Assembly: GCA_030637025.1 (NCBI GenBank)
Contig: DAOVVV010000015.1
Coordinates: forward strand, 1-57,080
Direction: 5' to 3'
Source: Clostridia bacterium
Lineage (GTDB): Bacteria; CBDUZB01; JAGLHV01
DNA length: 57,080 bases
The notes beneath the pieces are model-generated. The model was not told the DNA's origin, did not search any database, and saw only the letters and a list, made by a program, of their open reading frames with translations. This document shows positions 35,835 through 45,472 of the stretch, one piece after another. The position numbers were made by a program, and so were the translations under genes. Every line of letters starts with the position of its first letter. Positions within the stretch are counted from its first letter, which is position 1.

Positions 35835-38252
35835 TTATTTGTCTCTTATTTTCACCTTAAAATTTTTCTCCAATGAGTGAAGAACCTTATTATGAATAGA
35901 ATTAACTTCTTTATCGGTTAAGGTCTTTTCTCCGGACTGATAAATAATAGAATAAGCCATACTCCTGAACCCTCTATCTATTTGTTTCCCCTGATAAACA
36001 TCAAATAATTTTATTTGAGTAATAACTTTTCCACCTGTTTTTTTTATTTGAGAAGAAACCTGAAAATAAGAAATTCCTTCAGGTACCACCAACGCAACAT
36101 CTCTTACCACGGCCGGATATTTACTAATCGGAAAATAATTTCTTTTAAGATTTTGACTCTTTAAGAGCGCACCCATATCTAATTCAAAAATATAAACCGG
36201 AAAATCAAAATTATACTTTTCCGCTATCCAGGGAGATATTTTACCCAACTGTCCTATCTGTATATTTCCGGCAACAATAATTTTTGCCGACTGTTTTGGA
36301 TGAAAAAGAATATTTGACCCTTTTTCCACTTTATAATCTTTAATTCCCAAATTCTCCAGAAGCCTTATTATAACCCCTTTCAAATAAAAAAAGTCTGTTT
36401 CCCGGGATTTTTTCTGCCAATAAGATTCTTCGATCATCCCACAAATCGCGCCGGAAACTATTTTTTTTTCTTCCGGCAAAAGATTCTTTTCTCCGGCAAA
36501 AAAAATCTTTCCTGTTTCGAATAACTTAAGATCATATAAATTATAATTAATATTTTTAAAGATATTTTCTAAGATGTTTCCTAAAAGGGTCGTGCGCAAA
36601 AAACTGTATTCCCGTGACAGAGGATTTTTAACCTTCACTGCCTTAGTATAATAAGAACTATCCCTTACCCCTAATTTATTAAAACCGCCTTCACTGCTAA
36701 AAGAATAATTCATTACTTCAAAAAACCCTGCACTTACAAAAAAATCCTTTACTTCTTTCTCTAACAAAAATTCCCGGTTGGGACTATATTCCAGGCTCTT
36801 CCATCGGGGAACGGCCGGGGGAATTTCATCATATTTATAAATACGGGCAATTTCTTCTATTAAATCTATCTCCCTGCTCACCTCCTGTCTAAACGCAGGA
36901 ACCTTTACTTTCAAATTGGCATTATCCTCTAATAAATCACATTCAAAACCTAAGCGATTAAGAAAATCCAGTATTTGCTTTTTTGAAATCTCAATTCCCA
37001 AAATTCTATTAACCTGTTTCGGCCTTAAAATAATATTATGAGGAACAATTTTTTGAGGATACTGATCAATAATTCCTTCTACCACCTGTCCCCCTGCTAT
37101 TTCTCTAATTAAAGAAGTAACTCTATTTATAGCTTTTGCTGCCATTTCAAAATCAGTTCCTCTTTCAAATCTATAGGAAGATTCTGTAGTTAATCCCAGT
37201 TTCTTAGAAGTTCTACGAATATTTATTGCATCAAAATAAGCACTTTCAATAAGTAAATTACAAGTTTCATTATTCACCTGGGAATTACTTCCCCCCATTA
37301 TACCGGCTAAAGCAACTGTCTTTTTCTCATCCGCAATTACCAACATATCTTTATCTAATGTGTACTCCATGCCTTCCAGGGTTTTAAATTTTTCTTTCTC
37401 TTCTGCCCGGCGAACAATAATATGGTGATTATTTATTTGGTCATAATCAAATGCATGAAGGGGATGTCCTAATTCCATTAAGACGTAATTTGTTGCATCT
37501 ACAACATTATTAATAGCTCTTAATCCTACCATTTCCAGGCGGCGTTGTAACCAAAAAGGTGAGGGTGAAATTTTAACATTTCGAATCACTCTGGCCAGAT
37601 AACGAGGACAAAGCAAAGGTTCTTTTATGGTTACCCGTGCTTGTTTTCCAATTTCGTTTCCCGTATCTTTTAAGTTTATCTCGGGCAATTTAAAAGGGAT
37701 ATTTAAAGTCGCAGCTATCTCCCTCGCTATTCCTATAAGACTTAAACAATCTGCACGATTAGGTGTAATTTCCAAATCAAAAACTATATCCGGTAAAGAA
37801 AGAACTTTTTTGATTTCTTTTCCTAACGAAGTCTCCCGGGGCAAAATAAGCAAACCGCTCATATCATCAGAAATACCTAATTCTTTTGCCGAACACATCA
37901 TTCCTTCTGATTTTATTCCCCGGATATTAACCAGTTTTATTTTTTTATTTTCACTTAACACAGCTCCCTCCAATGCTAAAGGAACTATGTCTCCCACTTT
38001 CATATTACTTGCCCCACAAACAATATTGTATTCTTTTTTACCCGTATTTACTTTACAAACTGTTAAGCGATCTGCTTGAGGATGCGGCTCAATAGAAATA
38101 ATCTTTCCAACAACAACAATCCCTTCTATTCCCTCTCCTATCAATCGTATGTTTTCTACATTTATACCTAAACTGACCAATTTATCAGCAAGCTGTACAG
38201 CAGATAAATCAAAATCCACATATTCTTTTAACCAGCTATAAGTAACTTTCAT
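35835..38252 (-). CDS. pheT: Phenylalanine--tRNA ligase beta subunit
   Basis: MKVTYSWLKEY, TPNRADCLS, REIDLIEEIAR, FDX-ACB C-terminus. Confidence 0.97.
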   Translation of the reverse strand: MKVTYSWLKEYVDFDLSAVQLADKLVSLGINVENIRLIGEGIEGIVVVGKIISIEPHPQADRLTVCKVNTGKKEYNIVCGASNMKVGDIVPLALEGAVLSENKKIKLVNIRGIKSEGMMCSAKELGISDDMSGLLILPRETSLGKEIKKVLSLPDIVFDLEITPNRADCLSLIGIAREIAATLNIPFKLPEINLKDTGNEIGKQARVTIKEPLLCPRYLARVIRNVKISPSPFWLQRRLEMVGLRAINNVVDATNYVLMELGHPLHAFDYDQINNHHIIVRRAEEKEKFKTLEGMEYTLDKDMLVIADEKKTVALAGIMGGSNSQVNNETCNLLIESAYFDAINIRRTSKKLGLTTESSYRFERGTDFEMAAKAINRVTSLIREIAGGQVVEGIIDQYPQKIVPHNIILRPKQVNRILGIEISKKQILDFLNRLGFECDLLEDNANLKVKVPAFRQEVSREIDLIEEIARIYKYDEIPPAVPRWKSLEYSPNREFLLEKEVKDFFVSAGFFEVMNYSFSSEGGFNKLGVRDSSYYTKAVKVKNPLSREYSFLRTTLLGNILENIFKNINYNLYDLKLFETGKIFFAGEKNLLPEEKKIVSGAICGMIEESYWQKKSRETDFFYLKGVIIRLLENLGIKDYKVEKGSNILFHPKQSAKIIVAGNIQIGQLGKISPWIAEKYNFDFPVYIFELDMGALLKSQNLKRNYFPISKYPAVVRDVALVVPEGISYFQVSSQIKKTGGKVITQIKLFDVYQGKQIDRGFRSMAYSIIYQSGEKTLTDKEVNSIHNKVLHSLEKNFKVKIRDK

Positions 38253-38314
38253 TTGTTCACCCTTTAATCTTAATTACAAATTTATAGAAACAATTTTTAC
38301 CCGCCGACTCTTTT

Positions 38315-39334
38315 TTAAAATTGTTTTAAAAACCGTAAATCATTCTCATAAAATAAGCGTATATCACTAATACCATATTTAATCATTGCCAATCGTTCTA
38401 TGCCGCCGCCAAAGGCAAAACCCGTCCATTCCTCCGGATCATAGCCTACAGCCTTGAATACATTAGGGTCCACCATCCCCGCACCAAAAAGCTCCAACCA
38501 CCCCGTTTTCTGACAAACACTACAACCTTTTCCTTTACATAAAACACACCGAACAGAAACTTCTGCACTGGGTTCAGTAAAAGGAAAAAAACTGGGCGTT
38601 AATCTAATCTCTATATCTTCTCCGAATATTTGTTTGAAAAACATTTTCATAATACTCTTTAAATGTCTAAAAGTTACTTCTTTGCCGACAACCAATCCTT
38701 CTACCTGATGAAAAACCGGTGAATGTGAAGCATCTATCGCATCACTTCGATAACATCTTCCGGGAGCAATAATGCGCAAAGGGGGGGATTTTTTTTCCAT
38801 TATTCGAATTTGAACAGGGGAAGTTTGAGTCCGCAATACTACTCCGTCGGACACATAAAAAGTAGCCTGCATATCCCGCGCCGGATGATCTGCAGGGGTA
38901 TTTAAAGCTTCAAAATTATAATATTCAGTCTCTACCTCGGGTCCTTCTACAATATCAAAATTTAACCTTTCAAAAATAATTTTTATTTCTTCTAAAATTC
39001 TCGTTAACGGATGTAATTTTCCTTGTAATAAAGGCCTGCCGGGAAGGGTTACATCCAAATCTTCTTTTATATCCCTATTAAAAATCAACTGTTTTAAATC
39101 TTCCTTCTTTCGGTTTAAAAAATCGTTTATTTCTTCTTTTATTTGATTGGCAAGTTTTCCAATAATTTTTCGTTCTTCCTGGGAAAGTTGTTTCATTATG
39201 CGTAAAATTTTAGTTACTAACCCTTTTCTTCCTAAATACTTAATCCTTATTAATTCCAAATCTTCTTTTTTTTCTCTTATTTGGGATATTTCTTTTTTTG
39301 CCTTTTCTCTTAAATTTTCCAATTCTTTCTGCAC
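38315..39334 (-). CDS. pheS: Phenylalanine--tRNA ligase alpha subunit
   Basis: HPARDMQ, LRTQTSPVQ, FFPFTEPS, GFAFGGGIERL. Confidence 0.97.
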   Translation of the reverse strand: MQKELENLREKAKKEISQIREKKEDLELIRIKYLGRKGLVTKILRIMKQLSQEERKIIGKLANQIKEEINDFLNRKKEDLKQLIFNRDIKEDLDVTLPGRPLLQGKLHPLTRILEEIKIIFERLNFDIVEGPEVETEYYNFEALNTPADHPARDMQATFYVSDGVVLRTQTSPVQIRIMEKKSPPLRIIAPGRCYRSDAIDASHSPVFHQVEGLVVGKEVTFRHLKSIMKMFFKQIFGEDIEIRLTPSFFPFTEPSAEVSVRCVLCKGKGCSVCQKTGWLELFGAGMVDPNVFKAVGYDPEEWTGFAFGGGIERLAMIKYGISDIRLFYENDLRFLKQF

Positions 39335-39349
39335 GCTAAATCTCCTTTT

Positions 39350-39640
39350 TTAAATGCCTACTAATTTATCCAGGTGTTCTTTAGCATAAACATGGTCGGA
39401 CTTTAATTCTAACGTTTGCCTGTACATTTTGCTTGCTTGTTCAATCATATTTTTTGCTTCGTAAGTAATCCCTAAATTATAATAAATTTGAGGATTGTTT
39501 GAGTTAATCTTTAAAGCTTCTTGAAATTCTTTTATTGCCTGGTCATATTTTTGGTTCAAAAAATAAAATTTTCCTAATTCTATTAATTCTTGTTCCAGAT
39601 TATCTTCATTTTTATTAAACTTTTCTTTTTTATCTTTCAT
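39350..39640 (-). CDS. Tetratricopeptide repeat protein
   Basis: Two TPR motifs (LG..Y....YDQAI..F..AL; YYNLG..Y). Confidence 0.85.
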   Translation of the reverse strand: MKDKKEKFNKNEDNLEQELIELGKFYFLNQKYDQAIKEFQEALKINSNNPQIYYNLGITYEAKNMIEQASKMYRQTLELKSDHVYAKEHLDKLVGI

Positions 39641-39679
39641 CTCTTGTCTTTTCTTTCCTCCGTCACCAATCTTATTTTA

Positions 39680-40375
39680 TTAATCTTTCTTCAACTTGGT
39701 AATAGTCTCAATCTTGCCTAAAACCACTAAACTCGCCCCTTCACTAATTTCATCTTCCGGCTGGGGAGAAATATTCACTATTTCTTTAAAATCTGTTTCT
39801 CCGGACTTCGTCACTATGGGCTGTTTTTTCTTTATGGCAATTACCGTCACTCCGTATTTTGCCCTTATATCTATTTCCCTAATTGTTTTGCCAATAAAAG
39901 ATTGCGGAGCATGTATTTCCACAATACTATAATAAGGGGAAAGTTCTATTTGATCTAATATATTAGGAGAAATTAAACCCTCTGCCAGCCTAAGAGCCAT
40001 ATCCCTTTCAGGGAAAATAATTTTATCCGCACCTACTTTTCGTAAAATTTTTCCATGAAGAGAATTTAACGCTTTGGCTACAATTCTTTTTACTCCCATT
40101 TCCTTCAACAATAAAGTTACTAAAATACTTGCTTCCATCCCTGTTCCAATACCGACAATAACAATGTCCATCTTCTTTATTCCCAAAGCCTGCAGTGTTC
40201 TTTCTTCTGTTGCGTCCGCTTGAACTGCATGAGTAATTATATTACTAATTTCTCTTATCCGTTCTTCATCTTTATCTATAGCTAATACTTCGCATTTTTT
40301 TTGCGATAATACCTTTGCAATATTATAACCAAATGTCCCTAAACCAATAACTGCTATTTGTTTTTTATCTGCCAT
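39680..40375 (-). CDS. ktrA: Ktr/Trk potassium uptake RCK subunit
   Basis: VIGLGTFG Rossmann motif, VGADKIIFPERDMA, TrkA_C domain. Confidence 0.92.
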   Translation of the reverse strand: MADKKQIAVIGLGTFGYNIAKVLSQKKCEVLAIDKDEERIREISNIITHAVQADATEERTLQALGIKKMDIVIVGIGTGMEASILVTLLLKEMGVKRIVAKALNSLHGKILRKVGADKIIFPERDMALRLAEGLISPNILDQIELSPYYSIVEIHAPQSFIGKTIREIDIRAKYGVTVIAIKKKQPIVTKSGETDFKEIVNISPQPEDEISEGASLVVLGKIETITKLKKD

Positions 40376-40438
40376 TTTTTCTCCTTATAAGTTTTAAGGA
40401 TTATCTTTATTTATTTTTAAAAATTAATAGGAAACACT

Positions 40439-41779
40439 TTATCCGACAAAAACTCTTTCCAGGGGATATTGAATTTTTAATTGTCCTTTATCCTGCAACA
40501 AAACCGCCACTCCTAAAGTAAGAGGCCCTAATCTTCCGGCATACATGGTAAAAATAATTAACATTTTCCCCATACTACTTAAAGTCGGAGTTATTCCTGT
40601 AGATAAGCCCACAGTGCCAAAAGCAGAAATAACTTCAAAAAAAACTTTAATAAAAGCTTCTTTTTCTGTTACTAACATAACAACAGTAATAACACTAATA
40701 AAGATTATAGAAAGAAAACCCACTACAAAAGATTTTCTTACTATTTCATTAGCTATCCGCCGATTAAAAAAAGTTACTTCTTTTTTTTTCGTAATCGTAG
40801 CCCACATAGCAGCTATCATCACCCCAAAAGTAGTAGTTTTTATCCCCCCCCCTGTCCCTCCCGGTGAAGCACCGATAATCATTAAAAAAGCAGCAATAAA
40901 TAATGTTCCACTGGTTATCCAGGAAATATTTACAGTACTAAATCCGGCTGTCCGTGTACTAACGGATTGAAAGAAAGCCATTAAGATTTTCTTTTCCCAT
41001 GAAAAACTGCCTAAAGTAGCAGAATTATTATATTCAAATACAAAAAAAATTATTGTTCCAAAAACAATTAAGCTAAAAGAAAATAACAAAACAATTTTAC
41101 TATGTAAAGATATTTTTTTTACTTTAAAATATTGATAAAAGTCACTTAAAACTATATACCCTAAACCTCCTAAAATAATTAAACAACTCATAGTCAAATT
41201 AATTACCACATCTCCCTTGTAAGCAGATAAACTACTAAAGGGACCATGCACTCTACCAAAAACATCAAACCCTGCATTACAAAAAGCAGATATAGAATGA
41301 AATATTCCCATATATACAGCGTTCCATATCGAGAAATCACCCATCCATCGAAGCGTAAGAATCATGGCACCAATTATCTCGATGAAAAAAGTAACTTTGA
41401 CAATATATTTAACGAAAGATACTAAGTCTCCCAAATTAAGCTGGTCAAACGCTTCCTTTATTATTATTTTTTCACGCAAGGATATTTTTTTCCCGATTAT
41501 TAAACTTAAAATTGTAGCCATGGTCATATAACCAAGAGCCCCTACCTGTAAAAGAAACAAAATTGTTATCTGGCCAAATAACGAATAAAAATTACCCGTA
41601 TCTTTAACCACCAATCCGGTTACGCAAACTGCCGAAGTAGCTGTAAACAATGAATCGATTATCGGTTGTCTTTTACCGGAAACAGTAGAAAAAGGAAAAG
41701 AAAGCAGAATAGTTCCTATTAAAATTATACAGGCAAAACCAATTAACAAAACCTGTGCAGGAGTAAACCTATAGGACAT
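40439..41779 (-). CDS. ktrB: Ktr/Trk potassium uptake membrane subunit
   Basis: SAVCVTGL, SAFCNAGF, RTAGF, SAFGTVGLS pore motifs. Confidence 0.93.
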   Translation of the reverse strand: MSYRFTPAQVLLIGFACIILIGTILLSFPFSTVSGKRQPIIDSLFTATSAVCVTGLVVKDTGNFYSLFGQITILFLLQVGALGYMTMATILSLIIGKKISLREKIIIKEAFDQLNLGDLVSFVKYIVKVTFFIEIIGAMILTLRWMGDFSIWNAVYMGIFHSISAFCNAGFDVFGRVHGPFSSLSAYKGDVVINLTMSCLIILGGLGYIVLSDFYQYFKVKKISLHSKIVLLFSFSLIVFGTIIFFVFEYNNSATLGSFSWEKKILMAFFQSVSTRTAGFSTVNISWITSGTLFIAAFLMIIGASPGGTGGGIKTTTFGVMIAAMWATITKKKEVTFFNRRIANEIVRKSFVVGFLSIIFISVITVVMLVTEKEAFIKVFFEVISAFGTVGLSTGITPTLSSMGKMLIIFTMYAGRLGPLTLGVAVLLQDKGQLKIQYPLERVFVG

Positions 41780-41820
41780 CCTCTTTAACCCATCCTCTTT
41801 TCTTTACCTGAATTGTTTTC

Positions 41821-42258
41821 TTAGACTACGCTGTTAACATTTGATTCAGAAAGAATAGTGGAAGAAGAAACCGCAGAGGGACAAGATACATTCGAGATGA
41901 AAATTTCCAATTTATTTTTAGCAACCTCAGCCAACCGGCTAAAGGTATTTGTATCCGATATGGCTAAATCAGCCAGAATCTTCCTGTCAATGCAAATCCC
42001 TGCTTTCTTCAATCCATTCATTAATTGACTATAAGATAAACCGTTCAACCTTGCCGCAGCATTAATTCGAGTAATCCATAATGAACGAAAATTACTTTTT
42101 CTTTTTCTTCTATCCCGATAAGAATATTGCAAGCTTTTATCCACTTGCTCTGTTGCATGCCGATAAAGATTTTTTCTTCCCAACCGGTATCCTTTAGCCA
42201 TTTTAAAAATTTTTTTCTTCCTTCTCTTTGTTGTCACTCCACCCTTCACTCTACTCAT
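41821..42258 (-). CDS. rplT: 50S ribosomal protein L20 (with C-terminal extension)
   Basis: [31 protein letters not shown]. Confidence 0.96.
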   Translation of the reverse strand: MSRVKGGVTTKRRKKKIFKMAKGYRLGRKNLYRHATEQVDKSLQYSYRDRRKRKSNFRSLWITRINAAARLNGLSYSQLMNGLKKAGICIDRKILADLAISDTNTFSRLAEVAKNKLEIFISNVSCPSAVSSSTILSESNVNSVV

Positions 42259-42317
42259 CTTTCCTCCCTAATTACTAAACCAAATAATCATTCTCATAAA
42301 TTTAATTATTTTAGATT

Positions 42318-42515
42318 CTACAAATACGGCACTAATTTTTTAATAGTATTGGAATCTGTCTTATTAAGTGTTCCTGCTTTTCTTAGATTTCTTATACATT
42401 TAGCATCCTTATGGGCTAAAAGATGCCTGGCAAAAGCATTCTTTCTTTTAATTTTTCCTTTTCCCGTAAGTTTAAACCTTTTTTTTGCTCCACTATGAGT
42501 CTTTATCTTCGGCAT
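42318..42515 (-). CDS. rpmI: 50S ribosomal protein L35
   Basis: MPKIKTHSGAKKRFKLTGKGK. Confidence 0.97.
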   Translation of the reverse strand: MPKIKTHSGAKKRFKLTGKGKIKRKNAFARHLLAHKDAKCIRNLRKAGTLNKTDSNTIKKLVPYL

Positions 42516-42561
42516 TTTTCCTCCTTCAGTAAAATCCCTCTTATTCTCTATTATGTATGTT

Positions 42562-43089
42562 TTATTTTTTGGGGGAAAGAATCATATGAAAAACCCGCCC
42601 CTCTCTCTTAACATCCCTTTCTATAGTTGCTCTTTGAATAAATTTTTCTTTTATTTTATTTAATATTTCTGCTCCCAAATCAACATTTCTTATTTCTCTT
42701 CCTCGAAATACGACAGAAACCTTTACTTTATCTTTTTGTTCTAAGAATTGCTCAATGTGTCTTACTTTTATTTCTAAATCATGCTTATCAATTCTGGGAC
42801 GAATTTTTATTTCCTTCAAATGAACAATTTTTTGCTTTTTTTTGTTTTCTTTTATTTTTTTTATTTTTTGAAATTTGTATTTGTTATAATCAATCAATTT
42901 ACAGACCGGGGGATCCCCCTCCACTGATACCTGCACTAAATCCAACTCTTTTTCCAGAGCAATAGCTTGTGCTTCTTCCCTATCCATTATACCTAATTGC
43001 TTACCATCTTCACCCACAAGCCTTACTTTTTTAGCTTTAATATCCTCATTCTTATTAATCCTGTTTTCTTTTTTATGTTTTATGCCCAA
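42562..43089 (-). CDS. infC: Translation initiation factor IF-3
   Basis: VRLVGEDGKQLG, LDLVQV, PPVCKLIDY, KVKVSVVFRGRE; non-ATG start (TTG at 43089 or ATA at 43083). Confidence 0.95.
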   Translation of the reverse strand: MGIKHKKENRINKNEDIKAKKVRLVGEDGKQLGIMDREEAQAIALEKELDLVQVSVEGDPPVCKLIDYNKYKFQKIKKIKENKKKQKIVHLKEIKIRPRIDKHDLEIKVRHIEQFLEQKDKVKVSVVFRGREIRNVDLGAEILNKIKEKFIQRATIERDVKREGRVFHMILSPKK

Positions 43090-43159
43090 TCACCTCCATT
43101 CAACCAAAAATAATTTTTTTATTTCTAAAATATATTTTTAAAATCATTTTATGAGCCAC

Positions 43160-43393
43160 TACAGGTCAAAAAAAGATGGCTCACGCCATCCTTTTATTTA
43201 AAGTATCCTTTCTTTTAATCAACAACCTCTTTGCCCATCTTAATATAAAAAGATAATTCAAACTAAAAGGCGCAAGGTGAAAAATAATTATTTTTTAAAT
43301 AAAACAATTATTTTTCTTTTTACTTTTTTCCTCAACCACTTAAAACTTTAAACACATATAAAGGAGTTTACTACATTCTTTCTTTTTTGTCAA
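43160..43393 (-). promoter_or_regulatory. infC promoter and putative L20-leader attenuator
   Basis: TTGACA-N17-TAAACT (43393-43365); CACCTTGCGCC..GGGCAAAGAGGTTG pairing; GATGGC-GTGA-GCCATC-T-run hairpin at ~43168-43195. Confidence 0.55.
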
Positions 43394-43402
43394 GTTTTTT
43401 TA

Positions 43403-43431
43403 TTGACTTTTAAAACACATTAAATTAGAAT
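43403..43431 (+). promoter_or_regulatory. tRNA promoter
   Basis: TTGACT-N17-TAGAAT upstream of the tRNA. Confidence 0.65.
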
Positions 43432-43457
43432 AAAACAGTTTCAATAAATTTTCTTTA

Positions 43458-43545
43458 GCCGGAGTGGTGAAATGGCAGACACAGCAGACTCAAAATCTGC
43501 CGTCTAATTGTGGACATGAGGGTTCGACTCCCTCCTCCGGCACCA
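43458..43545 (+). tRNA. tRNA-Leu(CAA)
   Basis: GCCGGAG/CTCCGGC acceptor stem, GCAGA-CTCAAAA-TCTGC anticodon arm, long variable arm, GGTTCGACTCC, 3' ACCA. Confidence 0.97.
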
Positions 43546-43605
43546 AATTGTACCTTACTCTACTTCACTAAATTTAAAAATATACATAATCAAAAAGCAA
43601 ATCCT

Positions 43606-45294
43606 TTAAAACAGGTCTACCGGAGGTGTTTCTTCAGAATCAATAATTACATTTATTACCGTTGGCTTCTTGCTATCTATTAATTGCGGCATAATTTTTT
43701 TTAGCTCCCCGGGTTTTTCTATTTGAACAGTCTGCGCTCCCAAGCCTTCTGCTATTTTTACAACATCTAATTTTTTAAAAGTAGAAGAAATAAATCTTCC
43801 TTGATATTGAAGTTTCTGTCTTGTATAAACCGTACCCAAACGACCGTTATTAAGTACCAGCCAAATCACCGGAATATTATAATTAACCGCGGTAGAAATT
43901 TCCATCCCATTCATAGCAAAACTCGTATCTCCCACTATTGAAATTACAGTCTTTTCCGGAGCAGCTATTTTCCCGCCAATAGCCGCAGCTATAGCATATC
44001 CCATCGAAGAAAAACCTAAATTACATAAAAAAGCCCCCGGATGGTAACAAGGAAAATATTGTAATGCCCAAAATAAACCATTTCCTCTACTAACAAAAAC
44101 AATTGCATCATCCGGCAAACTATCTCTCAAATCTTTCATTAAACGCTGTGGTTTAATAGGAGAACTATCAGAATACATCATTTCTTCATTAACAAACATA
44201 GAATTTTCTTTCTTAAAAGTACGAATTCCATCTATGGACATTTTAGGCTTAAATTCGTTCCAGTTAGTATCCCGGGAAATCTGATACATCATTTCTGTTA
44301 ATAGCGTACGAGCATCTCCACATAATCCTATAGTTATCGGACAATTTTTACCAATCTGATAAGGTTCTATATCTATCTGAATTAAAGCCTTTGTAGGATT
44401 AAGTTTTCCATTATGATTTAAATTTGCTAATTCACTTAAATTTGTACCTACAGCCAATAAGACATCTATTTCCCCGGAAAACAAATATTTATTGGCAATC
44501 GGTGTACCGGCACACCCGAAAACTCCCAGAGAAAGCAAATGATTTTCCGGAAAAGCTCCTTTTGCTTTTGGAGTTGTCACAACCGGAATTACTAATCTCT
44601 CAGCAAATTGGCGAATTATTCGGTTTGCCTCAGCATTATTTACCCCATTACCAACAAGAATAACCGGCCTCTGTGCTTGAAGAATATATTTACTTGCTTT
44701 TTTTATTTCTTCCCGATCAAAAAATTTTCTTTTCATTAACCGATAAGAAGAAGGAGGAATGATCTCTTCTTCCATTTCTTCCTTCATCGACGCAAAAGGC
44801 AAATTAAGATGAACCGGCCCCTTTCGGCCATTCAACGCCACTCGCAAACAATGCCTTACTGTCCGGGATAAAGAGTTAGCATCTGTAACTGTAGCACTCA
44901 ACTTTGTAACTGTTTTAAACATCTCCATCATATTTATTTCATCATAAAACTCTTCTTTAAAAATTCCTCTTTTCATAGTACTTTCATTCAAAGAAGCAGT
45001 TAAAATAAATAAAGGAACGGCTCCTGCATAAGAAGTTCCTATACCGGCAAGTAAATTTGTACTTTCTGCCCCTGCTGTAGCACAGCAAACCCCTATTTGT
45101 TTACTTACCCGGGCATAGCCATCAGCAATAAAAACTGCTCCTTCATGACGCTTGGTTAATATGGGGGTTATCGTACGCATATTATACAATTCATCATAAA
45201 AGGGCATCAAAGCCTTTCCGGGAATACCAAAAATATATTTAACTTCCTCTTGTTCTAAATATTTTAAAAGTAATTTTACTGCAGTATACTTCAC
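43606..45294 (-). CDS. Thiamine-pyrophosphate-binding enzyme (acetolactate synthase large-subunit-like)
   Basis: IFGIPG, RHE, GPVHLNLP, SMGYAI.AAIG, GDTSFAMNGME..NN. Confidence 0.85.
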   Translation of the reverse strand: MKYTAVKLLLKYLEQEEVKYIFGIPGKALMPFYDELYNMRTITPILTKRHEGAVFIADGYARVSKQIGVCCATAGAESTNLLAGIGTSYAGAVPLFILTASLNESTMKRGIFKEEFYDEINMMEMFKTVTKLSATVTDANSLSRTVRHCLRVALNGRKGPVHLNLPFASMKEEMEEEIIPPSSYRLMKRKFFDREEIKKASKYILQAQRPVILVGNGVNNAEANRIIRQFAERLVIPVVTTPKAKGAFPENHLLSLGVFGCAGTPIANKYLFSGEIDVLLAVGTNLSELANLNHNGKLNPTKALIQIDIEPYQIGKNCPITIGLCGDARTLLTEMMYQISRDTNWNEFKPKMSIDGIRTFKKENSMFVNEEMMYSDSSPIKPQRLMKDLRDSLPDDAIVFVSRGNGLFWALQYFPCYHPGAFLCNLGFSSMGYAIAAAIGGKIAAPEKTVISIVGDTSFAMNGMEISTAVNYNIPVIWLVLNNGRLGTVYTRQKLQYQGRFISSTFKKLDVVKIAEGLGAQTVQIEKPGELKKIMPQLIDSKKPTVINVIIDSEETPPVDLF

Positions 45295-45472
45295 CTTTAA
45301 AGAATCCCCCTTTATTTATTCTCTCTAGAGTTCTGCAAAAGCACCTATTCAATGACGTTGCAAATCCCCCCTCAACAATGCTCAGGACAAACTCCAGAAC
45401 AAAACAATCTCCATAAAGTATTATAATCAACTACCCCGCGTTTTTAATCTGATTTATTATTTATAAAATTCT

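Noticed and set aside
43458-45300. tRNA-Leu as the integration site of an island
   Set aside because: No integrase, and I saw no duplicated tRNA 3' end in the window
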